From Thermoproteota archaeon (GTDB taxonomy: Archaea > Thermoproteota > EX4484-205 > JAAOZP01): 64,000 bases of DNA. Below, piece by piece: positions 37,411 through 46,948 of this stretch. A program made the translations under genes and the position numbers. Location: NCBI GenBank assembly GCA_038848185.1, contig JAWCNV010000007.1, forward strand, positions 9,378 through 73,377, given 5' to 3'. How positions within the stretch are numbered: position 1 is the stretch's first letter; each line of letters starts with the position of its first letter. A model generated the notes under the pieces. That model saw only the letters and a program-made list of their open reading frames with translations, ran no database searches and had not been told where the DNA came from.

Positions 37411-38835
37411 ATGACCCTCCCCTACGAATCCCGCCTCGGATACCGGTTACCAAGGTTTGAGATAAGTGGGGGAGCTAGCACGGCTTCAGAGCAAGACATA
37501 GCTTATTCTGAAGGAGTTTTCAGAAGTTTTCTAGAGCTTGAACATAGTAAATTGCTAATACCCCCTTTCTGCATCCTAAACGTTTTCGGCGGGGTTACAA
37601 CACTAGAAGCACAGAAATCTGCAGGAATACCCCTAGGGGCAATGGTTCAAGTGGTGCCGGTTGATGATGTTACAGTAACGCTTAGCGGTAAGCCTTCAGA
37701 TCTTTTAACCGTCTACTCTTGCGAGGTTCATGAAACGACCCACATGTACCAGATGAGCCATCTAGAGGTTATGAATAAGTATGTTACCACTGAAGTATTA
37801 ATCTACACTTTTAACTCTCTACTTAAGGCTGCAGCAGGACAAACAGCAGGCTCCTTGGAGTTGAGCGAAGGCAAGACGGCCCGAGGCTTGTCATTCGGCA
37901 GCATAGAGTTCAGAAAGCTGGCTACGGATATAAAGGAGGTATTCCCATACTTGCCTCTTAGAATTGACAGGGATAAGCTAGTTCTTTTAGAATCCTATCC
38001 TCTTTTGGTTCAAATGAGGTCTATGGAATTCCCTGAAGTCGATGTTCTTAAAAGCTCTGTGGAAGACCGTCTTAGGAGCAATATTAACACTAGTGTGATT
38101 AAAATACTAGGAGAAGACCCTAGTAAATCGCTTTATTCAGAAGCGATGGGGCTTGTATATAGTCTTCACGAGATGTTACCCAAGTCATACGTAACTCTAT
38201 TAGTTTACTCAAATTACTTGACTGGACTGGGGGCTCAGGGTCTTCTTGAGATGGCGCAGAAACTTGTCCATGATGAAAACAAGGTGAGAATCCTAGTAGG
38301 GGTTGAGAATGAGGTTGAGAGTGGTGGAGACCCTTTGACTTTAGCATTCGACCACGATGTTTTCAACTACGAGGATTTTGTAAAGCATAAAGAAAATCTT
38401 TTAGGAACAATTGGTGATGCTTTAAAAATATGCAACAGCGGTAAACCGTTTAACAGGCTCAACTATATTAAGAAAAAGATCGAAGGCATTAAAACACCAT
38501 CGGAACTCCGTTATCTGGCAGCAGGCTTTTCCCAAAACGTTTTCAGTCAGCGTTTGGCTGTTAATCAGCCTCCAACATACTATCTTCATGCTAACGGTGT
38601 TTCATACGATAAGGAGGAGGTAATGCTATTTAACTCTTTCTTTGCAGACTTGGCGATTACAGTTAATATCCTTAAAAATTTAATCGATGCATTAGAGAAA
38701 GGGCATGATGTGAGAAACACTATAAAAGGCTCTATACGCTGTCCACTTAAAAGGGCGCCGCAGATGAGATGTGCCTCAAGCTTTGAGTGTGAGCATGAGA
38801 AAAACTGGCTTGATACTATTTCGGGATCAGGGTAA
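37411..38835 (+). CDS. hypothetical protein with HEXXH motif and C-terminal Cys/His cluster
   Basis: 474-aa ORF with TATA upstream; VHETTHMYQ; CPL...C.....CEH. Confidence 0.6.
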   Translation: MTLPYESRLGYRLPRFEISGGASTASEQDIAYSEGVFRSFLELEHSKLLIPPFCILNVFGGVTTLEAQKSAGIPLGAMVQVVPVDDVTVTLSGKPSDLLTVYSCEVHETTHMYQMSHLEVMNKYVTTEVLIYTFNSLLKAAAGQTAGSLELSEGKTARGLSFGSIEFRKLATDIKEVFPYLPLRIDRDKLVLLESYPLLVQMRSMEFPEVDVLKSSVEDRLRSNINTSVIKILGEDPSKSLYSEAMGLVYSLHEMLPKSYVTLLVYSNYLTGLGAQGLLEMAQKLVHDENKVRILVGVENEVESGGDPLTLAFDHDVFNYEDFVKHKENLLGTIGDALKICNSGKPFNRLNYIKKKIEGIKTPSELRYLAAGFSQNVFSQRLAVNQPPTYYLHANGVSYDKEEVMLFNSFFADLAITVNILKNLIDALEKGHDVRNTIKGSIRCPLKRAPQMRCASSFECEHEKNWLDTISGSG

Positions 38836-38929
38836 ACTTTTATTCTATTATGTATAATAGGTCTCTAGTAAAGATTAGTAGCATCATAAAGGCTTATGAC
38901 TATTGTTCAGAATCCAGGATGACATGGTT

Positions 38930-39388
38930 TTACCTAATTACGAGTACAGATCCTTTAAAATGGTTTATAACTCTGCTTGCAACGCTTCCGAGAATACGCC
39001 CTGATCTTCCAAATCCCTCTCCCCCAATAACTATAAGATCGTAGCCTCCTTTCTCCGCTTCTTCAACAATGATTGACGCGGGATCACCCATCCTGTTTAG
39101 CAGCTTTACTTTAACACCCATTTCTTCAGCAATTATTCTCGCTCTCTCCAGTATCTCATCCTTCTCCCTAATCATGCTCATCCTAGTAGAATCCGGGAGA
39201 ACTATTAGTTTGGAGGAATGTTCCACACTTGGCTCCACCATGGTTTTCGAAGGTGCTTCGGAAACATGTAGTACTGCTACCTCAATCTCCGGAGTCTGGA
39301 GCTTTAGCCTTAAAACGGTTTCAACAGCCTTCTCAGAGGTTGGAGAACCATCGGTTGCCACTAGAATCCTCCTGAACATCACCCCCAT
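38930..39388 (-). CDS. universal stress protein (UspA family)
   Basis: RILVATDGS, GDPASII, DLIVIG...G...LGSVA.RV. Confidence 0.93.
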   Translation of the reverse strand: MGVMFRRILVATDGSPTSEKAVETVLRLKLQTPEIEVAVLHVSEAPSKTMVEPSVEHSSKLIVLPDSTRMSMIREKDEILERARIIAEEMGVKVKLLNRMGDPASIIVEEAEKGGYDLIVIGGEGFGRSGRILGSVASRVINHFKGSVLVIR

Positions 39389-39433
39389 TTAAAAGACCTC
39401 TGCTAATAAATCTTTAAAGCTAAAATGCCAAGC

Positions 39434-40222
39434 TCAGGGGTTGAGAGTCACGCTGTAATAAGTTATGTTCCCGTTCTGGGCGGGGTTCCAAACAATTAGG
39501 CAGTTCAACCCAGTATCAACAGCCTTAAGGAACCCGGACCATTCACCGTCTTTCAACAAATAGTTCTCAATTTTCCCTTCCTCGTGGTAAACAGTCGCGA
39601 CAATAGGCTTGTCAGCAGGCTCCCACTTTATAACTATCTTTATGTTTTCGCCAGAAGGAAGGTAAAAACCACCGTAGAGTTGGCCGGTTAAGGGCTCAAG
39701 GGATCCTGACAAGGTTTCGTTCGCCTTAGGCTCGTGAGGTGTTTCAATTGTTTCTAAAACTGTTTTAAAACTTGAATCAGCATACGATAAATCTTCGAAA
39801 TGAAATCTTAAATCGACCGCGTAAGTCTTTTGCGAAAAATGTCCTCCTTTAACCTCAGTATAGTTTATGCGGAGAACATTATAGACATGGAAATCCCATG
39901 ACCTAATATATACGGTTTTATTGTATGCTTCAATTACTCGGGGAAGCTTCAATGGGAATACCTTTATGACAGCCTCTTTTGGCGAGACTGTGTTGCTTGG
40001 AGTTGAAATACTATAGGAGGCAATTATATTGCCATAAGGATTTTCTATAATGACGTAATCCGATGTCAACTCTACTATAAAGTCAGTAGACCCTAAATCT
40101 CCCGGAATAATTCTGAACTCAGATGCTTTAAGTAGCATTAGGGCCATAGAAATCATTATCAGCATTGAGAAGGATATTACTAGCACCAAGTTTCCGTTGA
40201 ACATCTTTATTGTTCTTTCCAT
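39434..40222 (-). CDS. hypothetical exported or membrane-anchored protein
   Basis: N-terminal hydrophobic helix followed by a beta-rich soluble region. Confidence 0.55.
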   Translation of the reverse strand: MERTIKMFNGNLVLVISFSMLIMISMALMLLKASEFRIIPGDLGSTDFIVELTSDYVIIENPYGNIIASYSISTPSNTVSPKEAVIKVFPLKLPRVIEAYNKTVYIRSWDFHVYNVLRINYTEVKGGHFSQKTYAVDLRFHFEDLSYADSSFKTVLETIETPHEPKANETLSGSLEPLTGQLYGGFYLPSGENIKIVIKWEPADKPIVATVYHEEGKIENYLLKDGEWSGFLKAVDTGLNCLIVWNPAQNGNITYYSVTLNP

Positions 40223-40281
40223 TTATCGGGGAGTATTAAACGATAAATTCATTATTAAACATTTTTTACGAAACAATTTGC

Positions 40282-40637
40282 AATTATTCTGAAACGTGGC
40301 GGCGTTAGACAAAATGTCGCGGAGGGAAAGAGCATTTGTTTTTTTTTTAAAAAGGCGTGGTTTAATGAAAATCAAGATTTAAAGAAGGCTTTTCGGTTTC
40401 CGTCGGTTCTAAGACTAGTTGGTAGAGCCTCCAGTATTTTAAAATCACAACCATCTGAACTATGGATTCGCATTTTCTGTATGCATGGGACAGCAAGCCT
40501 TATGCGGCTCAGCATCTTTCTACAACTATAATCAGCTATCTCGAGCCCCAGAAAAATAATTAGGGTCAACCAGCCTATGTTAATAACTGATTAAGTCCCT
40601 AGCGGTAAAAATATTTTTCAAAATTATTCTGAAACGT
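40282..40637 (+). repeat. 16-bp exact direct repeat pair in a long intergenic region
   Basis: AATTATTCTGAAACGT at 40282-40297 and 40622-40637. Confidence 0.75.
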
Positions 40638-40814
40638 TTTTTAAAAAATCTATGTTAAAAACACGTCTCTTTTGAACCGGAAATATACAGGGAAAACAAT
40701 ACGGCTTTAATCGAAGCTAAACCGTTCTTAAAAAGAATGGTGTGGGAAAAAGTCTTAGAGCGACATATAACGTAATAGTTATAAGCCCTTGGCGAGAATT
40801 CATTGGAACCCCCA

Positions 40815-41288
40815 ATGAGGCTTAACTTGGCTTGGGCTACCCTAGCCATTGTCTCAGGCCTGCTCCTACTAGTTAGAATATTGACTCCCAGCGTGTATCA
40901 TATCATTATAGAGGGGGGAGATAACCCAAGGGTCTACCCGATTCCAAACGTTTACACATTCAGCGATATTATAGTGGTCTGTCTTCTCTCAATAACCTTC
41001 GGCTATGCAGTGTTTAAGGCGATAATCATCGAGGAGAAGCCCCCGTTCCTGAAGCAGTTTAGAATTTCAGAGTTGATAAGACTTCTTAAACCAGACGAGC
41101 TTAAAGTCTACGAGATAATAAAGAATAATAGCGGAATCTTCCAATCAGAGCTTCCTGAGAAAACAGGCTTCTCAACAACTAAGGTGAGTCAGATTCTAGG
41201 CTTCCTTGAAGTCTATGGGCTGGTTGAAAAAAAGAAGAAGGGAAGGGAGAACTTCTTAAGAGCGGTTGAGGAAGAGCCTAAGCCCTGA
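40815..41288 (+). CDS. membrane-anchored winged-helix regulator (COG2512-like)
   Basis: two TM segments, then LKPDELKVYEII...GIFQSEL...GFSTTKVSQIL..LE..GLVEK. Confidence 0.8.
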   Translation: MRLNLAWATLAIVSGLLLLVRILTPSVYHIIIEGGDNPRVYPIPNVYTFSDIIVVCLLSITFGYAVFKAIIIEEKPPFLKQFRISELIRLLKPDELKVYEIIKNNSGIFQSELPEKTGFSTTKVSQILGFLEVYGLVEKKKKGRENFLRAVEEEPKP

Positions 41289-41362
41289 TACTGTTTAATC
41301 CCATTATATTTCTGAAATCGGTTTATTAACGCTTATATTCGCCTATTATTATCCTCGGGTCG

Positions 41363-43306
41363 TTGAGAAAGATAAACTCATCATGCATATACTGCGGGGT
41401 TGGTTGCAGGCTAAACTATGTTTTGGAGAACGAGAAAATTGTTAGAATAGAACCTGTTAAGGAGGATGAGGTAAGTGAGGGTTTCCCCTGTCTTAGGGGC
41501 TTAACTATCCACGAAGTCATACATGAAAACAGGATTACAAAGCCATTGATAAGAGAAAAGAAGGATGAGGATTTTAGGGAAGCGTCTTGGGATGAAGCAT
41601 ACAGGTTTATCTTCGACCATTTGAAGGGGCTCGAGGGCAATGAGGTTTTGTTCATACCGTCGGGCAAAGCAAGTAATGAAAATGCTTACGTTATGCAGAA
41701 GTTCGCACGGGCTGTTTTAAAGAGTAATAATGTGGACGGGTGTTGCTCCAGGCTTTGCCACGCCAACACTATGAGTGCGTTAAGCGAGGTCTTTGGAATA
41801 AACGGCTCCCCAGGAAGGATTGAAGACATTTCTGACAGAGACCTTATTCTAATCATAGGTTCAAACCCTGCTTCAAATTATCCTGTTATTTTCAGCAGGG
41901 TTGTTAAAGCTAAATCAAAAGGCATGAGGCTGATAGATGTGAACTCTCCTCCGAATGAGACATCAAGGTTTTCAGATATTAATGTTCAGGTTAAGCCGGA
42001 TACGCAGCTCGTTTTTCTTAACGGTTTAATTAATGAGATTATTAGAAGAGGAGTTCCCGAAGATAGGAGAATGATACAGGGTTTTGAAATACTCGCCGAA
42101 ACAGTGGCGGAATATACTCCGGAAAGGGTCTCAGAAACATGTGAAATTGAAAAGAGGCTTTTTGAAAAGGTTGTTGACATCGTGTATTCTTCTAAAGCCT
42201 TTGGGATAATGCATGGGATGGGGCTTACCCAAAGCAGGAATGGTTTTCTAAACATAGTTTCCCTTCTAAACCTAATGATTCTGAAGGAGGGTAGGCTTCT
42301 CTCAGGGAGAGGAGAGATAAACGTGCAGGGCATGGGTGATGTTGGAGGTGTTCCATCCGGATTCCTACCGGCTTTTGTTTCTAAAGATGAGTTGGAGAAG
42401 GCTTGGGGATCAAAGCTTAGCGAGGAATCTGGTTTAAACATGATTCAAGCGCTCTACCTTAATCCTGTAAAAGCGGTTTTCGCATGCGACGTTAACATGG
42501 CGCTTTCACTTCCTGATCTTGAAGCTCTTCATGAAAAGCTGGGAGAAATGTTCGTAGTTCTTCTTCACCACCATTTTAACTATACTATGCGCTTTGCTAA
42601 CGTTGTCCTGCCTATAGCGATGCTTATCGAGGGAAACGGAACAATAACAAACTGGGAGAGACGTATACGTCTTGTCAGGAAGGCTGCAGATCCTCCTGCT
42701 GAAGCCAAGCAGGTGTGGCTTATTTTCAAAGAACTCGCCAGCTATTTCAACTGTGAACACCTCTTCAACTATAGTAGTGAGAAGGAGATTTTCAAAGAGA
42801 TTGTTAGGCTTATTCCCGCATACAGGAGTGTCGACCCAGAGAAGGTTTATGATGGTGGAGACGATTGGGGTGTTAAGAAACCTGCCTTTGTAAGGTATGT
42901 TCCGGTGCACTTTACAGGTGTCGACTATCCTGTTAGCAAGAAATACCCCTATATTCTGGTAGGTGTTAGAACACCTTTTCTCTTTCTGCATAATGAACTA
43001 ACAGACCTCTCAGAAATCCTGCGGAAGGTGAATAAGAAAGATATTGAAGCCTGCTACATGAATCCGGAGGATTTAAGGAGAGAAGGGTTCTCAGACGGTG
43101 AAACAATAATCCTATTCAGCTCATGCGGTAGGCTGAGGATCAGAGTTAAGTCTGATCCATCCATCCCGAGCAAGACGATTAAGATGTATATCCATTCGGA
43201 GAAAACTCCTGTAAACAAGCTTGTCCCATTAAACTATACTTTTAACACGTTTACTCCAAACTATAAGTCGGTGGCTGTTGGCGTAAGCAAAGATGTTTCA
43301 GACTAG
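41363..43306 (+). CDS. molybdopterin oxidoreductase, formate dehydrogenase alpha (FdhF)-like
   Basis: CIYCGVGC...C [4Fe-4S]; SRLCH metal-ligand Cys plus His; GMGLTQ; RGEINVQG; GTITNWERR. Confidence 0.82.
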   Translation: MRKINSSCIYCGVGCRLNYVLENEKIVRIEPVKEDEVSEGFPCLRGLTIHEVIHENRITKPLIREKKDEDFREASWDEAYRFIFDHLKGLEGNEVLFIPSGKASNENAYVMQKFARAVLKSNNVDGCCSRLCHANTMSALSEVFGINGSPGRIEDISDRDLILIIGSNPASNYPVIFSRVVKAKSKGMRLIDVNSPPNETSRFSDINVQVKPDTQLVFLNGLINEIIRRGVPEDRRMIQGFEILAETVAEYTPERVSETCEIEKRLFEKVVDIVYSSKAFGIMHGMGLTQSRNGFLNIVSLLNLMILKEGRLLSGRGEINVQGMGDVGGVPSGFLPAFVSKDELEKAWGSKLSEESGLNMIQALYLNPVKAVFACDVNMALSLPDLEALHEKLGEMFVVLLHHHFNYTMRFANVVLPIAMLIEGNGTITNWERRIRLVRKAADPPAEAKQVWLIFKELASYFNCEHLFNYSSEKEIFKEIVRLIPAYRSVDPEKVYDGGDDWGVKKPAFVRYVPVHFTGVDYPVSKKYPYILVGVRTPFLFLHNELTDLSEILRKVNKKDIEACYMNPEDLRREGFSDGETIILFSSCGRLRIRVKSDPSIPSKTIKMYIHSEKTPVNKLVPLNYTFNTFTPNYKSVAVGVSKDVSD

Positions 43307-43309
43307 TTT

Positions 43310-44182
43310 TTAATATTGGCCTAAGGCGCCTTCTCTTCTGGTTGAATCGTAAGACTTTTTGAAAAACCATAGTGAAAAAGGCAATACTACCACTATGAAG
43401 ACTATTAGCTTTACAACATTCTCAATTATCATGGGGCTACTGAGGCTTTCACCGTTCATCAGACACCTCCTCAACCCGTCTAGAGAATACGTGAGTGGAA
43501 ACACGTTGCCAACCCATTTAAGCCAATCGGGCAGTAACCCTAAGGGGTAGAGTACTCCCGAGAAAAGTTGAGTAAGCCAGGAGAAAGCCCAGACTATGGG
43601 GTCACCCTGCTTAAGCTTAAGTATCATAGCTGCTCCGAGAATCCCGATAACCATGTGGCTTATTACAAGCAGTATTGTTAAAACTAGTGTAGCCAGCATC
43701 GACTCAATGTTTAGAATAAACCTCATGCCTAGGAGAGTACCCATGCCGAGTGATGCAGCCAAGAAATAAGAGCCTATTATGAATCTGAACATGGATTCTC
43801 CCAGCAGGAAAACCCTGAAGCTTGTTGTCGAGGAGAGTATGGTCTCCATTGTTCCGTTCCACTGCTCCTCTCTTATAGCATCAGACAGGCTTGAAACAGA
43901 TGAGAAAACATAATGTTGGAAAGATATGCCTATGATTGAGAACGTTAGAAAGTCTGCGGCATAGCCTGATTCGACCAGTGCTTGTGGAGTCGTTATCATA
44001 GATACGAAGTAGTATGTTGCTACAAACGTTAGCGAGCTTATTACATCTAGCGTTATCCAAAGCTTATACGTCCACCAGATTTTAAAGTCCCTCACGATGA
44101 AGGCAAAGACCTTCTCAGTAACGCTAACCTTACTCGGCGGAACGCTTTCAGCCATGTATTTCACAATCTCCTCAACCTTCAA
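43310..44182 (-). CDS. ABC-2 type permease
   Basis: EQWNGTME, FSGVLYP..LLPDWL, PLTYSLDGLR. Confidence 0.88.
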   Translation of the reverse strand: MKVEEIVKYMAESVPPSKVSVTEKVFAFIVRDFKIWWTYKLWITLDVISSLTFVATYYFVSMITTPQALVESGYAADFLTFSIIGISFQHYVFSSVSSLSDAIREEQWNGTMETILSSTTSFRVFLLGESMFRFIIGSYFLAASLGMGTLLGMRFILNIESMLATLVLTILLVISHMVIGILGAAMILKLKQGDPIVWAFSWLTQLFSGVLYPLGLLPDWLKWVGNVFPLTYSLDGLRRCLMNGESLSSPMIIENVVKLIVFIVVVLPFSLWFFKKSYDSTRREGALGQY

Positions 44183-44192
44183 GTTTAACCAC

Positions 44193-45071
44193 CTAGTAGG
44201 ATGATGTTGTACCCTCCCTCCTTATTCTCCTATAGCCCCAGCCCAAAACCTTCAAGCCTACTGGAATAAGAATCATGCTGAAGACGATTAGGATTACTAT
44301 GTCTGTTAAAACATTGATGTCGAATACTGAAGCTCCCATTATTAGGGTCCTCCTCATTCCATCTAAGGCATAAGTATAGGGGAAGATCATGGATAGGGCT
44401 TTTATTGCCGGGAATTTTTCAAGCATCTGCAAAGGATAAAGGACGCCGGCAAGAAACTCGTTAAGGGCTGCAAGTATGAATACAAGTGGGTCGCCCTTCT
44501 TGAAAACCATTATGATGCCTGCAGCTATAAGGCCTATAGCTTGGTTTGAAATAAGCATTAGGATGAATATAATTAGGAATGCAGATAATGACTGAGGGCT
44601 CAATGAAAGATTTGCTCCAAGCCCATATATCCCTACTAGAAAAACTCCTACCAAGTAAATGAGGCTGACCAAGTAGCCGCGTGCCGTAAGACCTATGAAG
44701 AACACAAGCATGTTAACGGGGGTTACTGCAATAGTTTCAAGAGTACCTCCTCTTATCTCATGCTGTATTGAATGACTTAGCCTCGTTATACATGCCCAAA
44801 GATAGTTTGAAGTAGCTATTCCAACTAGTGAAAAGGCGAGATAGCTGGTTCCCCAACCGCTCTGCGAAAGCTTAGCTGGATCAACCTGTAGGCCGACGAA
44901 GTAATACATGACTACAGATGCAAAAGTACTTAATAAGTCCATTATAAGCCAAGACTTGTAAGCTAGCATCATCTTCAGCTGAGCCCATACTACTGCCATA
45001 AGTTGCCTTAGGTTAGACTTGTAACGCGGCTCCTCGCCTTTAAAAATCTGGAGGATTTTAGAACTATTCAT
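44193..45071 (-). CDS. ABC-2 type permease (paralogue)
   Basis: EIRGGTLE, AGVLYP, PYTYALDGMR; ATG 45071 with GGTGA SD. Confidence 0.88.
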   Translation of the reverse strand: MNSSKILQIFKGEEPRYKSNLRQLMAVVWAQLKMMLAYKSWLIMDLLSTFASVVMYYFVGLQVDPAKLSQSGWGTSYLAFSLVGIATSNYLWACITRLSHSIQHEIRGGTLETIAVTPVNMLVFFIGLTARGYLVSLIYLVGVFLVGIYGLGANLSLSPQSLSAFLIIFILMLISNQAIGLIAAGIIMVFKKGDPLVFILAALNEFLAGVLYPLQMLEKFPAIKALSMIFPYTYALDGMRRTLIMGASVFDINVLTDIVILIVFSMILIPVGLKVLGWGYRRIRREGTTSSY

Positions 45072-46044
45072 GTTCTTCACCCGTCAGACTTAGAAAAACC
45101 TCCTCTAAACTTGGGAGAGCGATCTGAACTCCTATTATTTTCAACCCTTTAGAGGTGAAGGCCGGAGGAATCTCTGATAATGCCTGCTCCTCATCCGCGA
45201 CCTCCACCCGAATAACCGTGTGATCCTCCTCAGGCTGGACACTTATAACCCTCTTAACACCTCTCATTTTTCTCAACAGGTTTTCAGCATCTTCAGAGGA
45301 TCCGCGGAAACTTACTTCGACACCTCTATACTTTCGCGTTACTTCACTCAGCCGTAGAGGAGTGTCTAAAGCGATAACTCTACCCCTGTTCATAACAGCT
45401 ATCCTGTCGCACAGTCTTTCAGCCTCAACTATGTTATGCGTAGTGAAAATTATTGTCTTGTTAAGATCCCTGCAAAGAGATTGAAGTAGCTTGCGTGTTT
45501 CTATTGCTCCAGTAGCATCCAGCCCAACAGTAGGTTCATCCATGAGCAGGATAGGTGCATTTGAGAGTAGGGTTCTCGCAAGCATCACTCTCATCTTCAT
45601 ACCTGTTGAAAAATCCTTCACAAGCCTGTCAGCATCCTTGTTTAATTCGAAGAACTCGAGTAGAGCATCTATTCTCTTTCTAGAGGTGTCTGGTGGAATG
45701 TTCTGCAGGTAAGCGTAGAATCTCAAATTGTCTCTTGCCGAAAGCCTCCAGTATAAGGCTCTTCCACCAGTCTCACCGTGCAGCCAGCCTATGCACTCCC
45801 TAACTCTCTCAGCCTCTTTCACCACGTCGAAGCCAGCGATTCTTGCAGTACCCTCATCCGGAATTATCAGTGTACACAGTATTTTTATCAATGTTGTTTT
45901 GCCAGCACCATTCGGGCCTAGGAGGCCGAAGAACTCCCCTGTTCTAACCGATAGGTTCACGTGATCCACTGCAATAATATTCGCTTTCCCACTATCCTTC
46001 CTGAAGTACTTAGTCAGGTTTTCCGTCTCAACCGCGGGGTTCAA
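45064..46044 (-). CDS. ABC-2 exporter ATP-binding protein (DrrA-like)
   Basis: GPNGAGKTT, FSTGM, MDEPTVGLD, TTH, SLEEVF. Confidence 0.92.
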   Translation of the reverse strand: MNPAVETENLTKYFRKDSGKANIIAVDHVNLSVRTGEFFGLLGPNGAGKTTLIKILCTLIIPDEGTARIAGFDVVKEAERVRECIGWLHGETGGRALYWRLSARDNLRFYAYLQNIPPDTSRKRIDALLEFFELNKDADRLVKDFSTGMKMRVMLARTLLSNAPILLMDEPTVGLDATGAIETRKLLQSLCRDLNKTIIFTTHNIVEAERLCDRIAVMNRGRVIALDTPLRLSEVTRKYRGVEVSFRGSSEDAENLLRKMRGVKRVISVQPEEDHTVIRVEVADEEQALSEIPPAFTSKGLKIIGVQIALPSLEEVFLSLTGEEHE

Positions 46045-46193
46045 TGCAGATTATCCTCCGAAACCTTTTTTCACCAGACTTAAAGCACTGTTAAAAACTT
46101 GAAGTAGAAGTATTTTTAACGATTACCAAAACGTATTGTTGAACCCATAAGGATGGGAAAGCTTAATAACACCATTCTCCGCCAACGGCTCCA

Positions 46194-46943
46194 ATGTTCA
46201 TTAGTCTAGAGGTAACTCCTCCGAGAAAAGGTGTTGAAAAAGTGTTTAACACCGTTCTTAGGGCGAAGGACCTAGTTGATGCTATAAATGTTACCGATAC
46301 TCCTTTCGGTCAACCCCGAATACCGGGGTTTGTCTTCGCCATAATGATCAAGGAGAAACTGGGTGTTGAACCAATAGTACACTATAAGACGGTAAACATG
46401 AATTTGACTGGCTTGAAAAGCGGGCTTTATGCATGTGCCGCCGCAGGAGTCAGAAGATTCCTATTCATGAAAGGCGATAACCCTGCCGAGGGCTCGCTAA
46501 TATCGGATGTTTCTCCTGAAAACCTTTCAGAATGGGCTAGGAAGGAGCTTGGCGTTGAAGTAGGATTAGCGATGGGATGGCCTATCTCGGCTGAGAAAAT
46601 AGCTTTAAGGCTTTCAGCCAAGCCGGACTATGTTTTCACCCAAATCTTCCTGACTGTTAAGGATGCGGAGAGGTTCCATGAAATGTTTGATGAGGCTGTT
46701 GAAAAAACAGGATGGAGACCCCCGGTGTACTGTACGCATCTTGTTCGTTGCGAAGAAAACCTGGATACTCTTAAGGAGGTGGCTAGGCTGATGGGTTTTG
46801 AAGCACCCAGTTTTAAACTCGGCATCGATGCTAATGTGAGCTTTCTTAGGGAACTGGAAGGTTTTTTCAACGGCTTCATGATTTCTTCGCCGGGAGGCTA
46901 TGAGCACGCAATAAAGCTGGCAGAGGCACTAAGGAGGTCTTAA
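46194..46943 (+). CDS. metF: methylenetetrahydrofolate reductase (MetF)-like protein
   Basis: SLEVTPP, INVTD, PIVH, KGD.P, FTQ; directly upstream of metE halves. Confidence 0.72.
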   Translation: MFISLEVTPPRKGVEKVFNTVLRAKDLVDAINVTDTPFGQPRIPGFVFAIMIKEKLGVEPIVHYKTVNMNLTGLKSGLYACAAAGVRRFLFMKGDNPAEGSLISDVSPENLSEWARKELGVEVGLAMGWPISAEKIALRLSAKPDYVFTQIFLTVKDAERFHEMFDEAVEKTGWRPPVYCTHLVRCEENLDTLKEVARLMGFEAPSFKLGIDANVSFLRELEGFFNGFMISSPGGYEHAIKLAEALRRS

Positions 46944-46948
46944 GCATC

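Noticed and set aside
40282..40637. Replication origin (ORB) reading of the AT-rich gap and recurring TTCTGAAA words
   Set aside because: No ORB consensus with a G-string and no cdc6/orc1 nearby; many GAAA words are simply BRE elements
40372..40849. Small ORFs of 65 and 64 aa in the long intergenic region
   Set aside because: No SD or promoter support and no motifs
41363..43306. Selenocysteine recoding in the FDH-like gene
   Set aside because: The ligand is an ordinary Cys codon in an uninterrupted frame
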